Source: Octopus vulgaris (Eukaryota). From it: 64,000 nt of DNA. Of this stretch, positions 18,517 through 31,434 are shown piece after piece. Each line of letters starts with the position of its first letter. Within the stretch, counting starts at the first letter, position 1. The translations under genes were made by a program, and so were the position numbers. The stretch is taken from the NCBI GenBank assembly GCA_951406725.2, contig OX597830.1, positions 66,960,001-67,024,000 of the forward strand, in the 5' to 3' direction. Under the pieces are notes generated by a model. It was not told the origin of the DNA, ran no database searches, and was given only the letters and a program-made list of their open reading frames with translations.

Positions 18517-18908
18517 GTAGGAGGCGCAATGGCCCGGTGGTTAGGGCAGCGGACTCGCGGTCGTAGGATCGCGGTTTCGATTCCCAGACCGGGCATTGTG
18601 AGCGAAAACACCTAAAAGCTCCACGAGGCTCCGGCAGGGGATGGTGGTGATCCCTGCTGTACTCTTTCACCACAACTTTCTCTCACTCTTGCTTCCTGTT
18701 TCTGTTGTACCTGTATTTGAAAGGGCCGGCCTTGTCATTCTCTGTGTCACGCTGATTATCCCCGAGAACTACGTTAAGGGTACACGTGTCTGTGGAGTGC
18801 TCAGCCACTTACACGTTAATTTCACGAGCAGGCTGTTCCGTTGATCGGATCAACCAGAACCCTCATCGTCGTAACCGACGGAGTGCTTCCAAAAAAAAAA
18901 AAAAAAAA
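18517..18908 (+). mobile_element. SINE family C (tRNA-Arg-like head), near full length
   Basis: A box TGGCCCGGTGG, B box GTTTCGATTCC, poly(A) tail, 13-bp TSD GATTGAACGTTTT at 18504-18516 and 18909-18921. Confidence 0.93.
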
Positions 18909-19324
18909 GATTGAACGTTTTACAGGTAATTATGTATTACTGTTACTTAAGGTAAAACTCCTAGTAGGGGCTGTTGTTGTTTAGCTCGATATCTGCTCAG
19001 ATCAAGTAAAACTATAAAACGAAAACAGAATTAAAAATTCACACCCTTCCCCTGTGTCAATCAAATCTTTATCGTATCTTAGAAACAATGCATTTTCATA
19101 TCATTATTCGACGTGGACATTTTGTTTTTAATGATATTGTATGATGCGGACTTGAAGGTGATTTAGCTGCTATTTTTAGCAAGCCGAGAGACCATGATGA
19201 TGGTGCCCCGTTAGCCTGTATTGGCTCCGTCGTAGCCAAAACCAACACCGCGGAATTTGAATGTCGAAATAATGAAAACAAGGACCCTCAGTGAGCCCTA
19301 TTTACAAAATGTTTGTTTATATCA

Positions 19325-19651
19325 ACGTGGTTGTGTGGTAAGAAGTTTGCTTCCCAATCACACGGATCCAGGGTTCAGTCCCAGTGTGTGACGCTTTGGG
19401 CAAGTGTCTTTTGCTATAGCCTAGGGTCGACCAAAGCCTTGTGAGTAGATTTGGTGGATCAAAATTGAAAAAAAAAAAAAATATATATATATATACATAT
19501 TTGGATACAGGACATCACCAACGGTGCAAGTAATATGAAATACGTAAACAACGAGAAAAAAAATGCAAAACAGGACAAGCAAACACAGAGAAAGGACCCT
19601 TCATCAGTTGTCGGCTGTCTATCTACTCCTCATTTCGAGCATTATATATGA

Positions 19652-19701
<50 letters not shown>

Positions 19702-19702
19702 G

Positions 19703-19744
<42 letters not shown>

Positions 19745-19746
19745 AG

Positions 19747-19832
<86 letters not shown>

Positions 19833-20045
19833 GTGTGTGTATGTGTGCCTTTGTTTCTGTGTTTGTGTCAATAGTGTTGGTGTGTTTATGTCCCTGTTAA
19901 TCTGCGGTTCGACAAAAGTGACCGATAAAATAAATACCAGGCTTCAAAGCAAAATAAGTACTGGGGTCGATTCATTCGACTAAAATCTCTTCAAGACGGT
20001 GGTGCCCCAGCATGGCCGCAGTCATGAAACAAGCAAAGGATAAAA
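19325..20045 (+). mobile_element. Old SINE family A with an unrelated repeat (19500-19643) inside its TA tract
   Basis: Head at 19325-19470 and 3' half at about 19850-20045. Confidence 0.78.
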
Positions 20046-20049
20046 GATC

Positions 20050-20870
20050 TATAGATGCTATACTTGGGCCCATCATCAGCATTGGATCCTGGAGTCACTG
20101 GGTGTTTCGGGCCTTACGAAATACATCTTTATCCAGACGACCTGACCAAGATTGATCAAACCTAGGTCCATGTCCAAGCTGCATTCTACTAATCCACAAC
20201 GATCACCTTTTTTCAGTTAAACGCTTTCTCAGCAACCTTTAAATTGTTCTTGATGGCTCTTCTTCTGCTCATTTCTTGTAATGCCTAGGATTCCATTGGC
20301 CTTACTCGGGCAACGATCCCTGATACACCGACTAGCATATAAAATCTGGCACTCCGTCGGTTGCGACGATCAGTGTTCCAGTTGATTCGATAATCCTAAA
20401 AAACCGGTCGTGGAATTAACGTGTAAGTGGCTGAACACCCCACGCGTACCCTTTTCGCAGTTTTCAGGGAAATTCAGCGTGACAAAGATGTGACAAGGCT
20501 GGGACTTTTTTTGAATTACAGGTACTACTCATTTTTGCCAGCTGACTGGACTGGAGCAGCGTGAAATAAAGTGTCTTGCTCAAGGACACAACACGCCACA
20601 TGGCTTAGAAATTCATGACCTTACAATCACGATCTGAATACCACCAACCAGAAAACTCCGCGCCTTCACTCGATTGCCAGAATCCTTTGGTAAACACCTG
20701 GTTCTCTACCCATTCTTGAAGAAGCCCTCTACCAGTTCCCGGTGTTCTCTTTCTCTTTCTCTTGCGCTCCTTCAATCCTGTCTTCCCAGGACACAGTCAA
20801 CTCCAATAGAATTAGATGCCTTGTCTTAGAAACGAAGAAACCAAGATGATATTTCGTTCTAACACGGTTT
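20050..20870 (-). mobile_element. HERO/R2-group (restriction-like endonuclease) LINE 3' end, decayed, interrupted by SINE E
   Basis: SKTRHLILLELTVSWEDRIEGAQE...ELVEGFFKNG*RTRCLP (20690-20830) and GILGITR.../RRAIKNNLKVAEKA (20220-20295) match the ELTVPWE...AAEKAS pattern recalled for HERO elements. A structured 3' UTR follows. Confidence 0.82.
20345..20670 (-). mobile_element. SINE family E (CORE-type middle plus family C 3' half), diverged
   Basis: Plus strand shows GGAGCAGCGTGAAATAAAGTGTCTTGCTCAAGGACACAAC (core) and GCACTCCGTCGGTT (C-type tail). Confidence 0.82.
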
Positions 20871-20879
20871 GGGTGATAT

Positions 20880-21277
20880 ACTCTTTTTTTTTTACTTGTT
20901 TCAGTAATTTGACTGCGGCCATGCTGGAGCACCGCCTTTAGTCGAGCAAATCGACCCCGGGACTTATTCTTTTGTAAGCCCAGTACTTATTCTATCGGTC
21001 TCTTTTGCCGAACCGCTAAGTAACGGGGACATAAACACACCAGCATCGGTTGTCAAGCAATGCTAGTGGGACAAACACAGACACACACACACACATATAT
21101 ATATACATATATACGACGGGCTTCTTTCAGTTTCCGTCTACCAAATCCACTCACAAGGCTTTGGTCGGCCCGAGGCTATAGTAGAAGACACTTGCCCAAG
21201 GTGCCACGCAGTGAGACTGAACCCGGAACCATGTGGTTGGTAAGCAAGCTACTTACCACACAGCCACTCCTGCGCCT
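20880..21277 (-). mobile_element. SINE family A, full length
   Basis: Reverse complement of family A. Confidence 0.92.
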
Positions 21278-21670
21278 ATGTGATGAAAATTTTAGTTGCT
21301 TCTCCAGATCAAACTCCATCACCAGGTAGTTTGACAAATTACATTCGTGTGATTGTATCACAGTATATTATATTATTAAAGGCATCATAAAAGATAAATA
21401 TTAAAGTCGGTATGGTATGAGAGGGAGATTTGAACCTTCCTCAATGAGCTATCTATCTGCAAAATTGATATTGTAAAACTATTGTCTTGCTAGCAAATTT
21501 TTTTTCTTTGCAAAAGTTATTAAATATATACTCTTGTGAAAAAGTATTGAGTAATTTTCATATAGCTTGACAAAAATATTAATAATATATTATAACATAA
21601 TGTATGTACAATTGTGTGTGTTTAAGAAGAGAAGGTCGTGTGTGCTGGCATCATACATGCGCGTTTGGTT

Positions 21671-21733
<63 letters not shown>

Positions 21734-21948
21734 GACAGATTTTGAGTTCATGACTTCTCTGGAGGGGCCGTTACAAATGTAAGTGAAGTTAAATATAGAG
21801 AAGGGACTCATCTAGGATTCGAAACAAGGGCAACATTTTCTCAGCCTTGTCTAATTTATAACAGTCTCCATGTTTTCTAATATTTACATCGCTTTTGACG
21901 AAAATTTATTCTTTATTTCTAATTTTAATTTCATATAAGAAGGCACAC

Positions 21949-22375
21949 CTACACAAGTGTGCCTCCACCCACTAAATTTGTTTCCTCATAACTTTCAGAA
22001 AAGTGGATTTTTGAACGGAAATTTCTACTAATACCTTTCAGATGATATAGATTCAAATTATATCGGATTTTGTTGAGAAAACATTTTTTTTTTTTTCAAA
22101 GCGAGAGGAGTTTCAGATAATTCACACAGGTTGATCTTGTTTCTTCGTAACTTTCAGAAAAATTGATATTTTTAATGAAATTTTCTACAAATACCATTCA
22201 GATGGTGTAGTTTACGTGTGTGTGTGTGTGTGTGAGTCCACCATTTTTATTACATTAAATTCCAATATAATCGTAATAGACATAATCTGAAAGGTATTTG
22301 TGGAAAATTTCATTCAAAATCATCCGTTTTTCTGAAAGTTAAGAGGAAACAGAGCCAGGGGGCACACTTGTGTAG
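21949..22375. mobile_element. Foldback/MITE-like element with long imperfect inverted arms
   Basis: CTACACAAGTGTGCC...GGCACACTTGTGTAG termini. About 65 bp TGTTTCCTCATAACTTTCAGAAAA...TACCTTTCAGAT is inverted at 22286-22351 and directly repeated at about 22138-22203. Confidence 0.78.
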
Positions 22376-22807
22376 TATGCTGTAAGAAATAATATTCATT
22401 TTGAACGTTCATGAAAACGTACACCATGAACGTCAGAAAGTGAAATGAAACGGTCTCGATTAAGGGTTGAAAACGTGTTACGTTTTCGGTTTACCGGAAA
22501 CCTACCTTACATATATCTTTAATTTTGTAGTTAGTGGCGGTTAGTTTTGTGCTTCGTCCCACTGGGTAAACTAAAGAAAATAGTACTAAGTCCCGTAATG
22601 CTGTCGAGTCGATTTGTCAAATTAGTGAGCCTCTGTCAACTTAGAGTATAAAAGAAAATCAACAATGATTTCTCATCAAACACTTCAGGGAAGACTAATG
22701 AAATAGCGGGACGATCATGCATTTTGTTAATGGATATCTGTGATGTGAATGAACTGAAAATAGTTTTAAACGCCAATTACAGCCGAATTTCAGTAAATTC
22801 AGAGTAC

Positions 22808-23680
22808 CTATTTCTTTATTACCCACAAGGGGCTAAACACAGAGGGAACAAACAAGGACAGACATAGGTATTAAGTCGATTACATCGACTCCAGTGTGTA
22901 ACTGGTGCTTAAGGCGGCGAGCTGGTAGAAATGTTTGCACGCCGGGCGAAATGCGTAGCCGTATTTCGTCTGCGGTTACGTTCTGAGTTCAAATTCCGCC
23001 GAGGTCGACTTTGCCTTTCATACTTTCGGGGTCGATTAAATAAGTACAAGTTACGCACTGAGGTCGATGTAATCGACTTAATCCGTTTGTCTGTCCGTGT
23101 TTGTCCCCTCTGTGTTAAGCCCCTTGTGGGTAGTAAAGAAATAGGTACTTAATTTATCGACCCCGAAAGGATGAAAGGCAAAGTCGACCTCGGCGGAATT
23201 TGAACTCAGAACGTAACGGCAGACGAAATACCGCTAAGCATTTCGCCTGGCGAGCTAATGATTCTTATTTCTTTATTGCCCACAAGGGGCTAAACATAGA
23301 GGGAACAAACAAGGACAGACAAAGGGACTACGTCGAATAGAAGCCCCTCCCCCAGTGCGTAACTGGTACTTATATATCGACCCCGAAAGGATGAAAGGCA
23401 AAGTCGACCTCGGCGGAATTTGAACTCACAACGTAACGGCAGACGAAATACTTATTTCTTTACTACCCACAAGGGGCTAAACACAGAGGGGACAAACAAG
23501 GACAGACATAGGTATTAAGTCGATTACATCGACCCCAGTGCGTAACTGGTACTTAATTTAATCGACCCCGAAAGGATGAAAGGCAAAGTCGACCTCGGCG
23601 GAATTTGAACTCAGAACGTAACGGCAGACGAAATACCGCTAAGCATTCCGCCCGTCGTGCTAACGTTTCTGCCAGCTCGT
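22808..23680. mobile_element. SINE family B nest: three minus-strand units in tandem plus one plus-strand copy (22914-23143) inserted in the last
   Basis: Head GGCGGCGAGCTGG(C/T)AGAAA, B box GAGTTCAAATT, central GGTCGACTTTGCCTTTCATCCTTTCGGGGTCGATAAATTAAGTACC (Deu/Nin-domain-like, from recall). TSD GGT(G/A)CTTAA at 22905-22913 and 23144-23152. Confidence 0.9.
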
Positions 23681-24366
23681 CAGGTTCGTTAGAAGCCCAC
23701 CTTACCTCTCTCTCTCTACTCCGGCGTTTATCACAACCGACCGAGTTAGACGTAGTAATCTTTAATGTATACATAATTAGATTCATTTCATTCATAAATC
23801 ATTAACCGATACGGCGTAACCATGGAATCACACGAACCGAAACCGAAGTCTTCTTTCTCTCTCTCTCTCTTTGCCTTTCTCTTTGCATCTCTCTCTCTCT
23901 CTGTCTCCTTCTTTCTCTCTTCATCCCTCTCACCTAGTCACCATCCTTGTCAATCAATCAATCAATCAGTCACTCAGTCATTCAGTTAGTTAGTTATTTA
24001 GTCAGTACTGTTATCTTTCTTTTTCTGACCTCGTGATTCGTATAATACGGCCGTCGCTGACGTTCAATCTTGTTTTCCCGATCACACACTACACTATATA
24101 CGCACAAGATATACAACCACACGCACCACACACATGCATACACACACATTATGATGTTAGGTAACTGTGTTTGAAAAAGACGCATCGATCTGTCTCGCCA
24201 TTCGAACGTGTTTCTAAGATACCGAACACACCAGACTTCGATCATCTATTTAAGTACCTAATATATATATATATATATGTGTGTCTATGTATCTTTTTAT
24301 GTATCGATGAATTTATCTGTCTGTCTGTCTGTCTGTCTTGTAATCTATCAATTTACTTGTCTATCT

Positions 24367-24406
<40 letters not shown>

Positions 24407-24426
24407 TTTCTTTCTTTCTCTCTCTA

Positions 24427-24464
<38 letters not shown>

Positions 24465-24469
24465 GCGTG

Positions 24470-24627
24470 TTCACACACACACACAAACACACACACACAC
24501 ACACACAAACAAACACACACACGCAAACACACACACACGCACACAAACACACAAACACACACAAAAAGACACACACATACAAACACACACACACACAAAC
24601 ACACAAACACACATACAAACACACACA

Positions 24628-24699
<72 letters not shown>

Positions 24700-24788
24700 A
24701 ACACACGCAAACACACACACAAACACGCAAACACACACAAACACACACACACACACGCAAACACACACACAAACACACGCAAACACAA

Positions 24789-24819
<31 letters not shown>

Positions 24820-25016
24820 AACACACACAAACACACACACACACACACACGCAAACACACACACACAAACACACACAAACACACACAAACGTACACACAA
24901 ACACACACACACGCAAACACATACACACAAACACACACACACGCAAACACACACACGCACGCAAACACACACACACACACACACATAGACACACACACAC
25001 ACACACACACACACAA
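24470..25016. repeat. Imperfect (CA)n, about 550 bp
   Basis: Direct reading of the sequence. Confidence 0.95.
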
Positions 25017-25222
25017 TTATATAGAATATGAATGTAAATAAGGATTTTCTCCGTCTTCCTTCCCCGTCTTCCTCCCCCTCCCTCTCTGTATATTTAGTAT
25101 GTGCTGCGTATATGTATGTATACATATATACATATATACATACGTACAAGCATACACACATATGTATGTATGTATATGCGTATGTATGTATATATGTTTG
25201 TGAGTGTGTGTGTGTGTGTATA

Positions 25223-25855
25223 TACTCTTTTACTCTTTTACTTGTTTCAGTCATTTGACTGCGGCCATGCTGGAGCACCACCTTTAGTCGAGCAACTCGA
25301 CCCCGGGACTTATTCTTTTAGAAGCCTAGTACTTATTCTATCAGTCTCTTTTTGCCGAACCGCTAAGTGACGGGGACATAAACACACCAGCATCGGTTGT
25401 CAAGCAATGCTAGGGGGACAAACACAGACACACAAACACACACACACATATATATATATACATATATACGACGGACTTCTTTCAGTTTCCGTCTACCAAA
25501 TCAACCCACAAGGCATTGGTCGGCCCGAGGCTATAGTAGAAGACACTCGCCCAAGGTGCCAGGTAGTGGGACTGAACCCGGAACCATGTGGTTGGTAAGC
25601 AAGCTACTTACCACACATATATATATATATTATATTATTTTACCTGTGTCAGTCATTTGAATGTGGCCATGCTGGAGCACCGCCTTTAGTCGAGCAAATT
25701 GACCCCAGGACTTATTCTTTGTAAGCCTAGTGCTTATTCTATCGGTCGCTTTTGCAGAAGCGCTAAGTGACGGGGACATAAACACACCAGCATCGGTTGT
25801 CAAGCGATGTTGGGGGTGGGGGACAAACACAGACACACAAACATATACATACACC

Positions 25856-25908
<53 letters not shown>

Positions 25909-25909
25909 G

Positions 25910-25971
<62 letters not shown>

Positions 25972-26152
25972 CACACACACACATATATATATATACGACG
26001 GTCTTCTTTCAGTTTCCGTCTACCTAATCCACTCACAAGGGTTTGGTCGGCCCGAAGCCATAGTAGAGGACACTTGACCAAAGTGCCACGCAGTGGGACT
26101 GAACCCGGAACCACGTGGTTAGTAAGCAAGCTACTTACCACACAGCCACTCC
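25223..26152 (-). mobile_element. Two tandem SINE family A copies (25223-25617 and 25637-26152)
   Basis: Reverse complements of family A; the second has (CTAT)n added to its internal tract. Confidence 0.9.
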
Positions 26153-26465
26153 CACATATATATATTCTTGTATTTGATCGAACAAGCCTTACTGAAACAA
26201 AATAAAGTCCTCGATACTTTGTAAACTACTCACTTATTTAAGAATGTCTGTCAGAGTGTATATGTATTTATGTCCATTGTTCAGCTTTATTGCAAGATTT
26301 CTTGTCAATAAAGAACCGGTTTCTAACCTAGATTCAAGGCTTCTTCGTTGGAATTTCAACATCAACAACAAGGTATTTTTGTATGTATGTATGTATGTAT
26401 GTATGTATGTATGTATGTATGTATGAATGTATGTATTTATGTATGTATGTATGTATGTATGTATG

Positions 26466-26599
26466 CACTAGCGTAGCTAACGGAGGGCTGTAGGGGCAAT
26501 CCACTCCGGGGGCCACTTTTAAAAGGGTGATACTTTTGGGTCAGCTGTAGGCAATATGTCCGGGGTCCGGGGGCGGCACACACTCTAGTTACGCTAGTG
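26466..26599. mobile_element. 134-bp hAT-like MITE inside (TATG)n
   Basis: TIRs CACTAGCGTAGCTA / TAGTTACGCTAGTG; 8-bp flanks TATGTATG and CATGTATG. Confidence 0.8.
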
Positions 26600-26653
26600 C
26601 ATGTATGTATGTATGTATGTATGTATGTATGTATGTATGTATGTATGTATGTA

Positions 26654-26691
<38 letters not shown>

Positions 26692-27272
26692 TACAGCAGA
26701 CTGTTGCTCAGAGAAGGGTGACCATGTGCCATTTCGACTCGGGTACCACCGACCCACTCTCCGATTATGCAACGCTCTACCAGACTCCGCACTAACAACT
26801 CAATCCAATTTTCCCTCACCAGATTGTCGGTTCTGCGTGAATCCTCCCCGTCCGTTGCACACGATTTTTTTGCCCCATTCACTTGCCGACATGCAACCGC
26901 TTAATACGAAGTTAACAAGCGTCAGCTTCCTCGGTCTAGGAGAGTCTGCGAAAGCCACGAGCACAGGCCTTTTCTTCAGACACACGTATATGCACAACAC
27001 ATGCAGTGATATCGGTGCTCCAGCATAGCCAACTCATTCACTTTACGCGCGCGCACACACATATACACAAATGTCAAACTATCTGACGAAGGTGTCCACC
27101 TGTGGAACTTCGAACTTACAGTCGATCTATTCTTTTGAAAATTGCTTACTTTATACTCTACGCATACGTATTGAGTGCCCCGTGCATCTGTCTATACACC
27201 ACAACTATCGGATGTAGCTATATACCGCTAGTTACAATGCGCTTCCTCCACATTGTGACTTTCGAATGATGC

Positions 27273-27470
27273 CTATTTCTTTATTACCCACAAGGGGCTA
27301 AACACAGAGGGGACAAACAAGGACAGACATAGGTATTAAGTCGATTACATCGACCCCAGTGCGTAACTGGTACTTAATTTATCGACCCCGAAAGGATGAA
27401 AGGCAAAGTCGACCTCGGCGGAATTTGAACTCAGAACGTAACGGCAGGCGAAATGCCGCTAAGCATTTCG
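27273..27470 (-). mobile_element. SINE family B, 5'-truncated
   Basis: Reverse complement of family B; GATGCC occurs on both sides. Confidence 0.9.
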
Positions 27471-27616
27471 ATGCCACCCTACTAGCTAGGCAGGCCGGCC
27501 AACATTCTGTCTGGATGGAACATTCTGTCTGGATGGAACATCTGTCCATTTGCATTGTTAACTATCTACTGCAAAGTGAATAGGGCAACGTAAAATCGTG
27601 TTCTTCATATATTCAA

Positions 27617-27935
27617 CTCTGTCGGTTACGACGACGAGGGTTCCAGTTGATCCGATCAATGGTACAGCCTCTTCGTAAAATCAATGTGCAAGTCGCTGAG
27701 CACTCCACAAACATACTCTTTACTCTTTTACTCTTTTACTTGTTTCAGTCATTTGACTGCGGCCATGCTGGAGCACCGCCTTTAGTCGAGCAAATCAACC
27801 CCGGGACTTATTCTTTGTAAGCCCAGTACTTATTCTATCGGTCTCTTTTTGCCGAACCGCTAAGTGACGGGGACGTAAACACACCGGCATCGGTTGTCAA
27901 GCAATACTAGAGGGACAAACACAGACACACAAACA

Positions 27936-28026
<91 letters not shown>

Positions 28027-28409
28027 GACAGGCTTCTCTCAGTTTCCGTCTACCAAATCCACTCACAAGGCATTGGTTGGCCCGGGGCTATAGCAGAAGA
28101 CACTTGCCCAAGATGCCATGCAGTGGGACTGAACCCGGAACCATGTGGTTGGTTAGCAAGCTATTTACCACACAGCCACTCCTGCGCCTAAACATGCGTA
28201 CCTTTAACGTAGTTCTCAGGGAGATTCAGCGTGGCGAAGAATGTGACAAAGCTGGCCCTTTTGAAATACAGGTACGATTCCTTTTTGCCTGCTGATTGGA
28301 CTGGAGCAACGTGAAATAAAATGTGTTGCTCAAGGACTTAGCACATCGTCAGGAATTGAACTCACGTCCTTAAAATCGTGAACTAAATACCATAACCGCT
28401 AAGCCACGC

Positions 28410-28415
<6 letters not shown>
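27617..28415 (-). mobile_element. SINE E interrupted by a full-length SINE A (27714-28189, minus strand)
   Basis: The E halves join at CACTCCACA|AACAT(A/G)C|GTACCTTTAAC; TSD AAACAT(A/G)C. Confidence 0.87.
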
Positions 28416-28448
<33 letters not shown>

Positions 28449-28451
28449 CTT

Positions 28452-28947
28452 AGGCGTGGCTGTGTGGTAAGAAGCTTGCTTCCCAACCACATCGTTCCGG
28501 GTTCAGTCCCATTGTGTGGCTCCTCGGGCAAGTATCTTCCCCTACAGCCTCGGCAGAAAAGGCTATAGGGGAAGATACTTGCCCAAGGAGCCACACAGTA
28601 GGACTGAACCCAGAACGATGTGGTTGGGAAGCAAGTGGCTTATCGGAGTAATGGGCATTCAGAAAAGCCTTATGAGTGGATTTGGTAGACGGAAACTGGA
28701 AGAAGCTCGTCCTGTATATGTGTATATGTCTGTGTGTGTGTGTTTGTCCCTCATCACCGTGTGACAGACGGTGTCGGCGTATTTACATCTCCGTAACTTA
28801 ACGGTTCGTTAAAAGAAACCGATAGAATAAATATTTGGCTTAAAATATAAGTCCTGGGGTCGATGTGTTCGACTAAGAAAAGCTCAAGGCAGTGCTCCAC
28901 CATGGCCGCAGTCAAATGACTGAAACAAATAGAAGAATAAAAGAATA
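28452..28947 (+). mobile_element. SINE family A with an internal inverted duplication
   Basis: Arms at 28475-28550 and 28560-28635; the body resumes at about 28660. Confidence 0.9.
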
Positions 28948-28970
28948 TGAATACATATACATACATATAC

Positions 28971-29030
<60 letters not shown>

Positions 29031-29225
29031 GTATACATATATATATATACACACTACACACACACACATATATATATACATATATATATATACATATAAA
29101 TATACATATATATATACATATAAATATACATATATATATATATACATACATACATATAAATATACATATATATATGCATATATATATGTATATATATATA
29201 TATATATGCATATACACACATATAC

Positions 29226-29268
<43 letters not shown>

Positions 29269-29308
29269 TAAATACATATACACACATATACATACATATA
29301 TATATATA

Positions 29309-29830
29309 TCTACTACATATGTAGAAAATCGGTGTGTTTGTGGCGTTATAAGTTAACTCCTCCTACATCGTTTTATTGATTTTGATGAAACTTGACATGT
29401 GAGTAGAAATCATGTCTGGAAACCTCGTGACATACTTAGATTGTTGAAAAAACCGATAATACTGCCCCTGAAAGGGACCTTTATATCTACCTCATATAAG
29501 TAATTTTTTTTAAACACCCAAGAGAAATAACCCACAACACCTGTACAATAGTTTTTTTTTAAACACTCAAGGGAAACCCATTTCATTGTTTATGTTCGAT
29601 TACTTTGAATATTGATTTTCTTGTGTGTCCTATTTCTAATTTTTGCAGACAATATCACTTTTATACTTTATTTGACACGTGAGTACAACACATGTCTGGA
29701 AAACTCGTGACATACTTAGATTGTTTAAAAAAATTAATAATAGGTGCCTTCCAATGGCTCCTTCTATCTACAACATATTACTAATGTTTTATTTAAACAA
29801 CCCAAGGAAAATAGCCCATACCACCTGCAG
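29309..29830 (+). mobile_element. Possible Helitron-like 5' end with an internal repeat of about 280-bp period
   Basis: A|TCTACTACATATGTAGAAAA...GATTTTGATGAAACTTG start. TTGACA(T/C)GTGAGTA...CATGTCTGGAAA..TCGTGACATACTTAGATTGTT occurs at 29392 and 29672. No 3' CTRR hairpin was found. Confidence 0.45.
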
Positions 29831-30029
29831 ATTTTAGGGAAGCGATCAATATTTGATTCTCACGATCAACGGACCTAATTCTGCATTTCACTACTCACAG
29901 TTTTGAACTGCTAAACATTATTATTGCACTTCCTTAATTTGAATCTTAAACATTAAAGACTTCATTCATACATTTCTATACGTACATACTTTTTTGAATG
30001 CCCATTACTCCGATGATTGTGCATTTTTA

Positions 30030-30525
30030 CAGTTACTGGTACTTATTTTATGAACTTTTATGAACTCCGAAAGAATGGAAGGCAAAGTCGGCGGAATTTG
30101 TACTCAGAACAAAGTTTTTCGTCCGGCTAAGCCTGCGTGCTAACGATTCTTATTTCTTTATTGCCCACAAGGGGCTAAACATAGAGGGGACAAACACGGA
30201 CAGACATAGGTATTAAGTCGATTACATCGACCCCAGTGCGTAACTGGAACTTATTTAATCGACCCCGAAAGGATGAAAGGCAAAGTCGACCTCGGCGGAA
30301 TTTGAACTCAGAACGTAGAGGCAGACGAAATACGGCTACGCATTTCGCCCGGCGTGCTAACGTTTCTACCAGCTCGCCGCCTTAAGTACCAGTTACACAC
30401 TGGGGTCGATGTAATTGACTTAATACCTATGTCTGTCCTTGTTTGTCCCCTCTGTGTTTAGCCCCGTAGAGGCAGACGAAAGACCGCTCGGCATTTCGTC
30501 CGACGTGCTAACGATTCTGCCAGCT
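30030..30525. mobile_element. SINE family B nest (full minus copy at 30150-30383 plus fragments on both strands)
   Basis: Family B motifs in both orientations. Confidence 0.88.
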
Positions 30526-30779
30526 CTATATACTACGACAGCCTTTCCGAACGACTGAATCTATAAGGTTGATTCAATATTCGGAATACTTCCGAGATCC
30601 AATACACTTGAAATTAAGCAAATTACAATGATTAAATTGAAATAGCAGCGGTAAACGGACAGACTTACTTCATTTATGTCGGATGTTAATTAATAGGCAT
30701 GGCGTTCCATTTCTCTCTTTCTATTCATTAAATTCGCCATGCAAATAAAATGTGCTTAATCATTATTTTTTTTTTCCGT

Positions 30780-31199
30780 AGGCGCAGGAGTGGCTGTGTG
30801 GTAAGTAGCTTGCTAACCAACCACATGGTTCCGGGTTCAATCCCACTGCGTGGCATCTTGGGCAAGTGTCTTCTGCTATAGCCCCGGGCCGACCAATGGC
30901 TTGTGAGTGGATTTGGTAGACGGAAACTAAAAGAAGCCTGTCGTATATATGTATATATATATATATGTATGTGTGTGTGTTTGTGTGTCTGTATTTGTTC
31001 CCCTAGCATTGCTTGACAACCGATGCTGGTGTGTTTATGTCCCCGTCACTTAGCGGTTCGGCAAAAAGAGACCGATAGAATAAGTACTGGGCTTACAAAA
31101 AGAATAAGTCCCGGGGTCGAGTTGCTCGACTAAAGGCGGTGCTCCAGCATGGCCGCAGTCAAATGACTGAAACAAGTAAAAGAGTAAAAGAGTAAAGAC
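30780..31199 (+). mobile_element. SINE family A, full length
   Basis: Complete head, body and tail. Confidence 0.93.
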
Positions 31200-31434
31200 T
31201 ATAAGATTGGTTGAACGGATCAGATAAGTAAGAAATATTTTACAGACACAAAAATGCTAGCTGCACCTATCAAAACTAATCAGGATTTTTAAACAAATGA
31301 CAAATATTTTTATTGCGTGTACAGTTTTTTAATAATTTTATTTTAGGCTTATGCTTGCGTTCAGCAAAATTAGAACACAAATAATAAATTTAAAATTTAT
31401 ATGGTCACATTTTCGACAAGAGACTACACAAATC

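Noticed and set aside
27078-27128. CTGACGA-hairpin-GAAC...GTC hammerhead-like string
   Set aside because: GAAA lacks one A and stem I does not pair; at best a decayed relic.
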